47,148 nucleotides of DNA from Candidatus Methylomirabilis sp. (GCA_036000645.1 DASYVA010000062.1:1-47148); one strand, 5' to 3'; positions 32,230 through 40,354 are shown, numbered from the stretch's first letter. Made by a program: numbers and translations. The notes: generated by a model from the letters alone, not told the origin.

Positions 32230-32715
32230 TCAGCCCCCCACCTCGGGCAGGGGGAAAATCTCGGTGGCCAGCTTCTCCCCGGTGACGGTGAGACGGGCCA
32301 CGGAGCGGGGCAGGCCGAAGCGCCGGGGCCCGGCCCCCCCGGGGTTCAGGAACAGGATCCCGTCGTGCACCGCCCGGTAGGGACGATGCGTGTGGCCGAA
32401 GCAGACCGCGTGGGGGCGGACCCGCCTCAGCAGGTCGCGGACGGCCGGGTCCGGGGCCTCCGGCCGGCCGATCTGGTGGAGCAACAAGAGGCGGGCCGTC
32501 CCCACCCGCTCCACCCGGTGCCAGGGATGCCTTTCGTCCAGGACTCCCCGGTCGGCGTTCCCCATGACCGCCCGGACCGGCGCCACAAGCGCCAGCGCCG
32601 CCAGCACCCCCTCGTCCCCGATGTCCCCCGCATGCAGGATCAGGCCGACGCCGGCGAAGAGGCGGAAGACAGCCGGGTCCAACCGGCCGTGGGTATCCGC
32701 GATGAGGCCGACCAG
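32230..32715 (-). CDS. YfcE/MJ0936-like metallophosphoesterase; non-canonical or unresolved start
   Basis: Motifs: LHAGDIG, GNAD and GHTH. The in-frame metal motif I (GLIADTHG) lies upstream of the first canonical start (TTG 32682). The only plausible initiator before it is CTG 32715. Confidence 0.7.
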   Translation of the reverse strand: MVGLIADTHGRLDPAVFRLFAGVGLILHAGDIGDEGVLAALALVAPVRAVMGNADRGVLDERHPWHRVERVGTARLLLLHQIGRPEAPDPAVRDLLRRVRPHAVCFGHTHRPYRAVHDGILFLNPGGAGPRRFGLPRSVARLTVTGEKLATEIFPLPEVGG

Positions 32716-32838
32716 GTGCCGCCCGCCCCGTCCTCCGGAGCTAGCAGGTGAAGCCCCGATCGCTCTCCACCCCTATCCCGGCGTCCCCCACCCCGTCTTG
32801 GGATGCGGAGCACGCCGTCCCATGCCACGGACCCCTCC

Positions 32839-33738
32839 TCACCGGAAAAACACCTCCCGCTCCCCGCTCCGGAGGCTTACCTTCAGGCGCTCCTCTTCGC
32901 GACGGATCGTGAGGGTCACCTGCTCCCCCGCGCGGTACTTCCACAGCTCCTCGTAGAGGTCGCGGCGGCCGCTCACACTGCAGAACCCGACCTCCCGGAT
33001 CCGGTCCCCCGGTTTCAGGCCGCCGACCTCCGCGGGTCCGCCGGGGACCAGGCCGGAGATGAGCACCTCCCCCTCGTCGCCCCGCACGTAGCATCCCAGC
33101 CAGGCGCGGTGCGGCCGGCTGACGATCCCCCCGTGCTCCAGCAGCTCGAGCCGGTGCAGCCGGTAGGCCTCCACGGGGATGGCCAGGCTGGCCTGGCCGA
33201 CCCCCTCCAGGGTCAGCGAGACGCTTCCCACCATCAGGCCCCGGCTGTCGAAGAGGGGCCCGCCGCCGTACCCGGGGTTCTCCGCGGTGGAGACGATGGC
33301 GCGATCCAGCATGTACTCCCACTCCGCGTCGAACTCCCCCAGGTAGGTGACCAACCCCCCGCTCCCCCGCCGCTCAGCCTGGCCGGTGCTCCCCACCGCA
33401 AAGACCGGGTCCCCGAGCGTGAGATCCAGGGACGAGCCCATCCGAAGGGCCAGGAGGCCCGCCTCCTCCACCCGCAGGAGGGCCAGACCGCTGTCGTAGT
33501 CCTGGGCAGCCACGCCCGCCTCGACCGTCCGACCGTCCGTGAGGCCCACGGTGATCTCCTCCGCGCCCAACACCAGGTAATTGACGGTGAGGATATAGCC
33601 GCGGCCATCCACCACGGCCCCGCTTCCCATCCGCTCCTCCCCCAGGATGGGGATCGAGCGGTGTCCTTCCCGGATCCGGACGGCCACGGCGACCGTCCCG
33701 GGGAGGACGTCCTGGATGAGGTCCGGGGGGGCGTCCAT
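32839..33738 (-). CDS. HtrA/DegP-like trypsin-fold + PDZ protein lacking the catalytic triad (paralogue 1)
   Basis: The domain order and blocks match HtrA: GSGAVVD..GYILTVNYLV, DSGLALLRV, AENPGYGGGPLFD, SLAIPV, and the PDZ GLVPGGPAEVGGLKPGDRI. However His->Tyr, Asp->Gly and Ser->Gly. Confidence 0.85.
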   Translation of the reverse strand: MDAPPDLIQDVLPGTVAVAVRIREGHRSIPILGEERMGSGAVVDGRGYILTVNYLVLGAEEITVGLTDGRTVEAGVAAQDYDSGLALLRVEEAGLLALRMGSSLDLTLGDPVFAVGSTGQAERRGSGGLVTYLGEFDAEWEYMLDRAIVSTAENPGYGGGPLFDSRGLMVGSVSLTLEGVGQASLAIPVEAYRLHRLELLEHGGIVSRPHRAWLGCYVRGDEGEVLISGLVPGGPAEVGGLKPGDRIREVGFCSVSGRRDLYEELWKYRAGEQVTLTIRREEERLKVSLRSGEREVFFR

Positions 33739-33753
33739 GGGCCGTCCCGCCCC

Positions 33754-34917
33754 CTACCAGAGACGGGTGGGGGCATGGGTGATGACCTCGGGTCTCCCCT
33801 CCGTCACCAGAATCTCCTGCTCCACGCAGACGCCCCCCAGTTCGGGGACGTAGATTCCCGGCTCGACGCAGAGAGCCATGCCGGGTCGAAGCGGCGTCGC
33901 GACGCCCGGGAGGAGATAGGGCTCCTCGACGGTCTCGAGGCCGATCGCGTGGCCGGCGAAGGGACGGGCGTACCCCCCGAACCCCGCCGCCGCAATCCGG
34001 TCGTGGGCAACGGCCACGAGATGCTCGGCGGGGACGCCGGGCCGGGCAGCCTCCACCGCCGCCGTGGTCGCCTCCAGGCCCGCCTCCAACAGGCGGCGTT
34101 GCTCCGGGGAGACTTCCCCCGCCACCGTCGTCCGGAGGACATCGAACTGGTACCCCTGGCGGGCGCCGATCAGATCCAGCGTCACCATCTCCCCCTGGCC
34201 GATCACCCGATCCGTTGCCTGGGGCCACCGCGAGGTCCAGGTGGCCCACGGGCCCGAGTGGACCCGGAGGTACCGGACGAAGTCTGCGCCGGCCAGCAGT
34301 GCCGCGCCGACCCCCGCCGCGCAGACCTCCCGCTCCGACACGCCGGGCTTCACGGCGCTGACCGCCGCCGCGAGTCCCGCGGCGGCCACGGCCGCCGCCT
34401 GCCGCAGCAGATCCTGCTCGGCCGGACTCTTCACCTGGCGCATCCCGTTCACGATCTCTTCCGCCGGCTCCCAGGTGACGGCGGGGAGGGCGGCCGCCAT
34501 CTCGCGGAACAGGGTCAGCGGGAGGATGTCCGCGCCGGCCAGCCCGATCCGGGCCGTCGCCAACCCCCGCCCCTGCACGACACCGGCGAGGGCCCGGGGA
34601 AGGTCGCTGCTCACCTCCACCGCCTCCACCGCCACGAGGTCCCGCCGGACCGCGGGCCCGTCCGCCACCAGGATGGGGGCTCCCTGCTGCGGGAGGAGCA
34701 ATGCGGCGTGCCCCAGCCCCCGCATCGCCCCGCTCACCACGGCCGTCGGGAACGGGGGAAAGTGATTCGTGAGGTAGGCCAGACTCCCCGGCCGGTCATA
34801 GAAGGCTCGGCCGACCACGAGCAGGGCGGCGAGGCCGCGGGCCGCGCAGGCCCGCCGCGCCTCCTCCTGCCGGGCCGCGAACTCCTCCGGGGGGATCCCC
34901 AGCGCCTCGGCGCTCAT
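33754..34917 (-). CDS. M24 family metallopeptidase (Xaa-Pro dipeptidase / creatinase-like)
   Basis: ATG 34917 follows GGAGGGAGG. The metal ligand blocks are VTLDLIGARQGYQFDVLRT, GHAIGLE, LCVEPGIY and VCVEQEI. Confidence 0.9.
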   Translation of the reverse strand: MSAEALGIPPEEFAARQEEARRACAARGLAALLVVGRAFYDRPGSLAYLTNHFPPFPTAVVSGAMRGLGHAALLLPQQGAPILVADGPAVRRDLVAVEAVEVSSDLPRALAGVVQGRGLATARIGLAGADILPLTLFREMAAALPAVTWEPAEEIVNGMRQVKSPAEQDLLRQAAAVAAAGLAAAVSAVKPGVSEREVCAAGVGAALLAGADFVRYLRVHSGPWATWTSRWPQATDRVIGQGEMVTLDLIGARQGYQFDVLRTTVAGEVSPEQRRLLEAGLEATTAAVEAARPGVPAEHLVAVAHDRIAAAGFGGYARPFAGHAIGLETVEEPYLLPGVATPLRPGMALCVEPGIYVPELGGVCVEQEILVTEGRPEVITHAPTRLW

Positions 34918-35507
34918 TGCCCCTCCCTCCCCCCGGCCGGTCCGGGGGCGAAGAGGAGATCCAGGAGCTCCCGGAGGATCCGCGCCGTCGCCCCCCAGAT
35001 GACCTCGGTGCCGGCCCGGTAGAAGTACACGGGAAACGTCCGCCCGTCCCGCTCCCACTGCTCCTCCCGGAAGTTCGCCGGCTCCCGAAGCAGGGCCAGC
35101 GACACGGGGAGGATGGCCTCCACCTCGGCCGGATGGGGGGCGAGCTCCGTGCCGGGGCGGACCCACGCGACGAACGGGCGGATGCAGAAGCGGGAGGTCG
35201 CCGTGACGGCGTCGCTCAGGGCCCCCAGGACCTCCACGTCCGCCCGCCGGAGGCTGATCTCCTCCTCCGCCTCCCGGAGGGCCGTGGCCAACAGGTCGGC
35301 GTCGGTCGGCTCCCACGTGCCGCCGGGGAACGCGATCTGTCCGCCGTGCAGGTGCAGGGTCGCGCTCCGGCGAACGAGGAGCACGCGCGGCCCCGCGGCG
35401 CCGCCGGTCAGCGGGACCAGGACGGCGGCCCGGCGCAGCCCGGTCCCCTCAGCGGGAGGGTTCCGCCGGTTGGCCAGGACCCTCCGCAGCGCCGCCAGCT
35501 CCAGCAT
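34914..35507 (-). CDS. Nudix hydrolase, CoA pyrophosphatase-like
   Basis: The Nudix box is GGTWEPTDADLLATALREAEEEISL. AAVLVPL lies upstream of it. It has an ATGA overlap with the M24 gene. Confidence 0.8.
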   Translation of the reverse strand: MLELAALRRVLANRRNPPAEGTGLRRAAVLVPLTGGAAGPRVLLVRRSATLHLHGGQIAFPGGTWEPTDADLLATALREAEEEISLRRADVEVLGALSDAVTATSRFCIRPFVAWVRPGTELAPHPAEVEAILPVSLALLREPANFREEQWERDGRTFPVYFYRAGTEVIWGATARILRELLDLLFAPGPAGGREGQ

Positions 35508-36006
35508 CCTCTCCCTCGGCCGGCGGCGCCGGGGTGCCGGGGATCCGCTCCTGGAGGAGGCCCCAAGCCCGCCGGAGGATCTGCCGCTCGTTGTCGTGGC
35601 TGAGGCGCTCGTACGCCTCGGGGAGGAGGACCCAGCGAACCTCCTCCACCTCCTGATCATGGTCGCCGGGCCGGCCCCCGGCGTACTCCAGCAGGTAGAA
35701 GTGCACGGTCTTGTGGACGCGGGCCCGGGCCTCCTTCTCGTAGAACCAGTACTGGACGCTGCCCAGCGGGGCGACGAGCGCCCCGTCCAGGCCGGTCTCC
35801 TCCCGGACCTCCCGGCGGGCGGTCAGCTCCACATCCTCCCCCGGCTCCACCGTCCCCTTGGGGAGCCCCCAGACGCTCCCCTGCCGGGTCCCGATGAGCG
35901 CCACCTCCGGCAGCCCCTCCTGGACCCGGAAGATCACGCCCCCCGCCGAGACATGCCGGCGCACCGGGGCGCGCGCCCCTCTCATCCTCCCCCGTGGCTC
36001 GGCCAC
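35449..36006 (-). CDS. Nudix hydrolase
   Basis: GTG 36006 lies 6 nt after AAGGAG. The Nudix box is GLPKGTVEPGEDVELTARREVREETGL. Confidence 0.8.
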   Translation of the reverse strand: MAEPRGRMRGARAPVRRHVSAGGVIFRVQEGLPEVALIGTRQGSVWGLPKGTVEPGEDVELTARREVREETGLDGALVAPLGSVQYWFYEKEARARVHKTVHFYLLEYAGGRPGDHDQEVEEVRWVLLPEAYERLSHDNERQILRRAWGLLQERIPGTPAPPAEGEDAGAGGAAEGPGQPAEPSR

Positions 36007-36075
36007 GCGCGCTCCTTTCGCCGCGGGCGATTCGGCGATTATAGCCGTCCCGGGCTGGACGGCCAAGAGATCGGG

Positions 36076-36864
36076 TCACTCCGAGAGGCGGAGGAGCATG
36101 CCGCTCCGTCGCGCGGAGCGCGAAGCCCAGTGGAGCCCGAGACCCCCCGCCGCCAGGTAGGCCACCCCCCAGGCGAACCCCGCCGCCCAGGGAGCCGAGA
36201 CAGTCGGCGCGAAGCCATAGCCTGCCCGGAACCCCTCCAGGATGCCGGTCAGGGGGAGGGCGCGACCGACCGCCGCCAGCGGAGCCGGGAGCACGCCCAC
36301 CGGGTAGTAGACCCCGCACAGGACCATCAGCATGCTGACAAGCGACCAGGCCGCCACCTCCGCCCGGTAGCCGAAGCAGAGGACCAGGATGCAGACCAGG
36401 ACCCCCACGGCACCCGCGCTGAGGAGGCAGCCGAGGAGGAAGAGGACCAGCGGGAGGGGGCCGGCCTTCAAGAAATCGAAACCGAAGGCCCAGGTGCTGA
36501 AGCTCGCCATCACCAAGAAGGCCAGCACCCCCCGGACGGCGCCCACGGCCCAGGAGCCGGCCACCAGATGCCCTACCCCGATCGGGGCCAGGAACTGGTG
36601 CTTCACGCTCTTGCTCCACATGTCGAAGAGCAGGCCGTAGGCCACGTCCAGCTGACAGACCTGGACCACGCTGAGGGCGATGGTCCCGGTGAGGACGAAG
36701 GCGGTGGTATCGGGGTCCAGGGCCAGGAAGCGGGTCAAGAGGCCGAGCGAGGCCAGCCCCACCGCAGGCCAGAAGAGGACCTCGAAGAGGGTGAAGGCAT
36801 TGCGGCGGGTCATCCGGAGGTTCCGGACGAAGAATGCCCCCGCCTTAATGATGTGGCTTGGCAT
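36076..36864 (-). CDS. ABC-2 type transporter permease
   Basis: ATG 36864 overlaps the ATPase gene end by 20 nt. There are six predicted TM segments. The protein sits downstream of its ATPase. Confidence 0.8.
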   Translation of the reverse strand: MPSHIIKAGAFFVRNLRMTRRNAFTLFEVLFWPAVGLASLGLLTRFLALDPDTTAFVLTGTIALSVVQVCQLDVAYGLLFDMWSKSVKHQFLAPIGVGHLVAGSWAVGAVRGVLAFLVMASFSTWAFGFDFLKAGPLPLVLFLLGCLLSAGAVGVLVCILVLCFGYRAEVAAWSLVSMLMVLCGVYYPVGVLPAPLAAVGRALPLTGILEGFRAGYGFAPTVSAPWAAGFAWGVAYLAAGGLGLHWASRSARRSGMLLRLSE

Positions 36865-37786
36865 ACTCGACAAAGACGTCCTCCAGGTCGGGCTCGACGA
36901 CGCGGAGCTGCTCGACCCGCACGCCACCCGCTTGGAGCAGGCCGAGGAGGCTCGGGAGGCGGGCGGCGGCTTCGTCCACGGTGCAGGTGAGCTGGCCGTC
37001 CTGAACCACCCACCGGAGCAAGCCCGGGAGGCCGGCCAGGTCGGGCAGCGGCCCCGTGGTCCGGAGATGGACGGCGTCCCCCAGCCCGAGGCCCCGCTTG
37101 AGCTCGGCCGGAGGTCCCTCGGCCAGGATCATGCCCCGCTTGAGGAACGCCACCCGGTCGCACAGCTGCTCCGCCTCCCGCATGTAATGGGTGCAGAGGA
37201 GGATGGTGACCCCCTCGGATGCCCGCAGCGCGGCGATCTGTGCCCGAACCTTCAGGGCCATGTCCGGGTCGAGACCGACGGTCGGCTCGTCCAACAGGAG
37301 GACCTCGGGGCGGTTGACGAGGCCCTTGGCGAGCGCCAGCCGCTGCTTCAGGCCCGTGGAGAGCTCATTGTAGGGCACGGCCCGATACGGTGTGAGCTCG
37401 CACCAGTCGAGCAGCTCCTCGACGCGCAGCCGCCGCGCCCGGGCCGGCAGCCCGTAGAGGCGGGCGTAGAAGTCGAGAATCTCCGCGACCCGCAGGCTCC
37501 AGACGAAGTTCGCGTGCCCGCTGACGAGGTTGAGGCGCCGCCGGATTGCCCCCGGCTCCCGCATGAGGTCGTGCCCGAGGAGGGCGGCCCGACCGGCGTC
37601 GGGGGTGAGGATGGTCGCCAGGATGGAGAGGAGGGTCGTCTTGCCGGCGCCGTTCGGCCCCACGATGCCGTAGATGGTCCCGGGGGCGACCCGGAGGGAG
37701 ACCCCGGTGAGCGCCTCACGGCGGCGCGGCCGGAGCCACCCGGTCACGAAGGTCTTCCGCAGCCCCTCTGCCTCCACCGCCCACAT
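36845..37786 (-). CDS. ABC transporter ATP-binding protein (ABC-2 exporter type)
   Basis: ATG 37786 follows GGAGGG. Motifs: Walker A GPNGAGKTT, signature LSTGLKQRL, Walker B LLLDEPT. Confidence 0.9.
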   Translation of the reverse strand: MWAVEAEGLRKTFVTGWLRPRRREALTGVSLRVAPGTIYGIVGPNGAGKTTLLSILATILTPDAGRAALLGHDLMREPGAIRRRLNLVSGHANFVWSLRVAEILDFYARLYGLPARARRLRVEELLDWCELTPYRAVPYNELSTGLKQRLALAKGLVNRPEVLLLDEPTVGLDPDMALKVRAQIAALRASEGVTILLCTHYMREAEQLCDRVAFLKRGMILAEGPPAELKRGLGLGDAVHLRTTGPLPDLAGLPGLLRWVVQDGQLTCTVDEAAARLPSLLGLLQAGGVRVEQLRVVEPDLEDVFVEYAKPHH

Positions 37787-37867
37787 GGAGCCCTCCGCGT
37801 GTCTCTCCAGGATACCCCAACCGCGGGGGCGTTTCCACGCCGGGCGCTCCCGGGGGAGCCCGACCCC

Positions 37868-37940
37868 AAAAGAAATTCGGCCGGGAAAGCCCGCTGGGGT
37901 GTGGCAATTGGGGGGCACACCCCTTCGGACTTTCCCGGCC
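37868..37940 (-). terminator. long nested hairpin + U-rich tract (terminator or attenuator) upstream of the ABC exporter operon
   Basis: The outer 11-bp stem pairs 37879-37889 with 37930-37940 (GGCCGGGAAAG / CTTTCCCGGCC). The inner 8-bp stem pairs 37896-37903 with 37916-37923 (GGGGTGTG / CACACCCC). On the minus strand GAATTTCTTTT follows. Confidence 0.5.
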
Positions 37941-38139
37941 TGGGATGCAGCGCTCGGGAGGGAGGGATCGACGCGCCGCATTCCCATGCCCCGAGGCCGA
38001 GGCAAGTGCTCGAACCCCTCCCCGGGACACCATCCAGGTGGCCGGCTGCTGCGCCGGCTATCCAATCCTGATTGCGCTCTCCGGTCGCTACCGGGCCGCC
38101 GCCGGGATTCCTCCAGGACAACTGGTGCCGACTATTCTA
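37941..38139 (-). promoter_or_regulatory. unassigned structured non-coding leader or small RNA candidate
   Basis: TAGAAT on the minus strand (38139-38134) could serve as a -10 box. About 190 nt with several GC hairpins follow (for example GCCGGC-gcagca-GCCGGC) before the nested terminator hairpin. No credible ORF exists in any frame. Confidence 0.3.
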
Positions 38140-38207
38140 GTGTACCTTGCCCGCGGCTTCCCGGCTACCCCTTTCGCCTTCGGTCCGTCCCGCCCTGCCT
38201 GCGCCCC

Positions 38208-38960
38208 CTAGATCACCCGGTTGCGCAGAACGCCGATCCCCTCGATCTCCACCTCCACCACATCGCCGCGCTTGAGCGGCCCCACGCCGGGGGGGGTCCC
38301 GGTCACGATGACGTCCCCGGGGGAGAGCGTCATGACCTGGGAGACAAAGGCCACCAGCGTCGGCACGTCGAAGATGAGCTGATCGGTGTTGGAGGACTGC
38401 CGGACCTCGCCGCCCACCCGCGCCTCGATGTGCAGCCGGTGCGGATCGAGGCCCGTGGCGACGCAGGGCCCCAGGGGCGCGAAGGTGTCGAAGGACTTGG
38501 CGCGCGTCCACTGGCCGTCCTTCTTCTGGAGGTCCCGGGCAGTGACGTCGTTGTGGCAGGTATAGCCCAGGACGTAGCGGAGGGCCTGGCCGCGGGGGAT
38601 GTTCCGGCCCTTGCGCTTCATCACGATGGCCAGCTCGGCCTCGTAGTCCACCCGCTGCGCGACGGCCGGATAGACGATCCTGTCTCCGGGACCGATGAGG
38701 GCCGTGAGCGGTTTGAGGAAGAGGATCGGCTCGTCCGGGATGGGGTGGCCGAACTCGGCGGCGTGGTCCCGGTAATTGAGCCCCACGGCGACGATCTTCG
38801 TCGGCTCGCAGGGGGGGAGGAGGCGGACCCGGGCGAGTGGATAACTCGTCCGAGTGCGCCGGTACCGGCCGTAGATGCTCCCCCGGATCTCTGTGACCCG
38901 CCCATCCTCCAGGATGCCATAGCGGGGCGTCCCCCCTGCCCGGAACCGGACGAACTTCAT
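38208..38960 (-). CDS. fumarylacetoacetate hydrolase (FAH) family protein
   Basis: Motifs: KIVAVGLNYRDHA, DYEAELAIV, KSFDTFAPLGP, PGDVIVTGTPPGVG. Confidence 0.93.
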   Translation of the reverse strand: MKFVRFRAGGTPRYGILEDGRVTEIRGSIYGRYRRTRTSYPLARVRLLPPCEPTKIVAVGLNYRDHAAEFGHPIPDEPILFLKPLTALIGPGDRIVYPAVAQRVDYEAELAIVMKRKGRNIPRGQALRYVLGYTCHNDVTARDLQKKDGQWTRAKSFDTFAPLGPCVATGLDPHRLHIEARVGGEVRQSSNTDQLIFDVPTLVAFVSQVMTLSPGDVIVTGTPPGVGPLKRGDVVEVEIEGIGVLRNRVI

Positions 38961-38996
38961 TTCGCTTCCTCGCGGGTTGAGGCCCGGGGGGGGCCC

Positions 38997-40079
38997 CTAG
39001 GGGAGAAACGCCGGGGTGTAGACTTCCAGCAGCGCGAAGGTCCGCGGGAGCTGTCCCCCCGCCGCCATCAGCCTCTGGGTGACGTCCAGGGCTCGCTGGC
39101 TCATCCGCCCGTGCGGGGGGAAGGCCCCCTTCAGGGAGGCGACGGCCGCCAGCAGGACCCCCCTGGGGAACTTGCCCAGCGGGGTCTGCTGGAGAACCTC
39201 GGTGATCTCCTCCGGGCTCCGGTCGGTGATGTACCGGCTCCCCTTCAGGAGGGCCCGGACCATCCGGCGGACCGTGTCGGGGTGCTGCCGGGCGTACTCC
39301 TGCCGGACCAGAAGGCTCTCCAGCATGTACTCGCCGAGCTCCGAGTCCTCCCCCCTGGCCAGGTTGAAGAGCATGAGCGCGGTTCCCCGATCCACCGCCG
39401 TTTCCGGAACTGGAACGGTCTCGACGAGCACGTCGATCTTCCGCTGCTCGAGCGCCGCCAGGAGGACCGGCCCGGCCCCGGCGGCGATCATCTGGACGTC
39501 CTGTTCGGGGGTGTAGCCCGCCCGGCTGACGAGGGACGCGGCCACCTGCCAGGGGAGGGCGCCAGGCCCGCTGACCCCGAAGGTGAGACCTCGGATCGCC
39601 TGGAGCCGCTCCGCGAAGGGGGTTCCCTCGGTAATCCTCCTGGCCTTGGCCACGTCCCGGTGAATGGCGACGTTGACCGCCACCTTGTCGCCGACGTTCG
39701 CGACGGCAAGGAGCCTCGCCCCCTTCTCCATCGCGAGGAGCTGGGAGGCGCCGCCGGCCACGGCGAAGTCCACCTCCCCGGCGATGAGGGCCTGTACCTC
39801 GCGCCCGTTGCCCCCCGTCGGAAGCTGGGTGACCTCCAGGCCCTGCTCCCTGAAGTAGCCCCGGGCCGAGGCCACGTAGGCCGGCAGGAACAGGGGGCTC
39901 TCCCCCGCCTGGGCGACCCTGATCTCCTTCGGCTCCGCCCCGGGGGCAGCCGGCGCGCGCACCGCCCCGACGGCCAAGGTCACCGCCAGGGGCAGGATCC
40001 CCACGGCTCGGCTCGCGCGGCGACGCCCCCGTCCTCGGGGTGCAGGCACCAGGGGAAGACCCCCCTCTCGCAAGAGCAT
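38997..40079 (-). CDS. ABC transporter substrate-binding protein, NMT1/THI5-like (nitrate/sulfonate/bicarbonate type), Arg-rich signal peptide
   Basis: ATG 40079 lies 9 nt after GGGAGGG. The signal is RGRGRRRASRAVGILPLAVTLAVGAVRA. The mature part has IRVAQAGESPLFLPAYVA...GYF. No cognate permease or ATPase is adjacent. Confidence 0.8.
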   Translation of the reverse strand: MLLREGGLPLVPAPRGRGRRRASRAVGILPLAVTLAVGAVRAPAAPGAEPKEIRVAQAGESPLFLPAYVASARGYFREQGLEVTQLPTGGNGREVQALIAGEVDFAVAGGASQLLAMEKGARLLAVANVGDKVAVNVAIHRDVAKARRITEGTPFAERLQAIRGLTFGVSGPGALPWQVAASLVSRAGYTPEQDVQMIAAGAGPVLLAALEQRKIDVLVETVPVPETAVDRGTALMLFNLARGEDSELGEYMLESLLVRQEYARQHPDTVRRMVRALLKGSRYITDRSPEEITEVLQQTPLGKFPRGVLLAAVASLKGAFPPHGRMSQRALDVTQRLMAAGGQLPRTFALLEVYTPAFLP

Positions 40080-40233
40080 GCGGCCCGCCCTCCCTTCGCA
40101 CGCCGATCCGGCAGGAGGGCCTGGGGAGCGCGGAACAAGACCCGACCGGAGAGGACCGGGCACGTGGGTGCAGAACCTCGGCTGCGACGGGAAGCGAGCT
40201 CCGCGGCATGACGGACGCCGGCGGAGCGGGGCG

Positions 40234-40261
40234 ATTATACCGACCAGGGTTGGAGTGTCAA
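40234..40261 (-). promoter_or_regulatory. near-consensus promoter of the NMT1-type binding-protein gene
   Basis: On the minus strand: TTGACA (40261-40256), 16 nt spacer, TATAAT (40239-40234). This predicts a leader of about 148 nt before ATG 40079. Confidence 0.6.
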
Positions 40262-40325
40262 CGGGAAAGGCTCCCGGCGCAACGCCCTCGGTGCCCCCTC
40301 CCCTTCCCGGCAGCATTCCGTCGCG

Positions 40326-40331
40326 TATAAT
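40326..40331 (+). promoter_or_regulatory. consensus -10 box upstream of tldD (weak -35)
   Basis: TATAAT at 40326-40331 lies 24 nt before ATG 40355. The -35 position reads CTTCCC. Confidence 0.3.
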
Positions 40332-40354
40332 GGGGGAGCTCATGGGAACCGCAG

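Noticed and set aside
37920-37940. A GGGAAAGUCCG string on the minus strand resembles the CR-I motif (GAGGAAAGUCCGGGC) of bacterial RNase P RNA.
   Set aside because: The other universally conserved RNase P blocks are absent from the 421-nt region (GGUAAGGGUGAAA-type, ACAGAACCCGGCUUA-type 3' region, P4 partner). The string is simply one arm of the nested hairpin.
38006-38019. A GGGGTTCGAGCAC string on the minus strand looks like a tRNA/tmRNA T-arm.
   Set aside because: There is no complementary 3' stem half after the loop, no acceptor stem or CCA context, and no anticodon-arm geometry nearby.
37941-38139. Possible cobalamin or guanidine-I (ykkC) riboswitch, because of GGAAUCCCGGCG..., GACCGGAGAG and CCCGGGGAG strings.
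   Set aside because: The invariant cores (GCCACUG B12 box; CUAGGGUUCCG and ACGGCGGGA of ykkC) are not present as such. Only partial look-alikes occur, as expected in GC-rich DNA. The region is left as an unassigned structured RNA pending cmscan.
40080-40230. Possible TPP riboswitch in the leader of the NMT1/THI5-like binding-protein gene (CCUGCCGGAUCGGCGUGCGAAGGGA resembles the P4-P5 region).
   Set aside because: The hallmark CUGAGA element and the ACCUGAUCUGGAUAAUGCCAGCG core are missing. The AGGGAGG portion is better explained as the SD.
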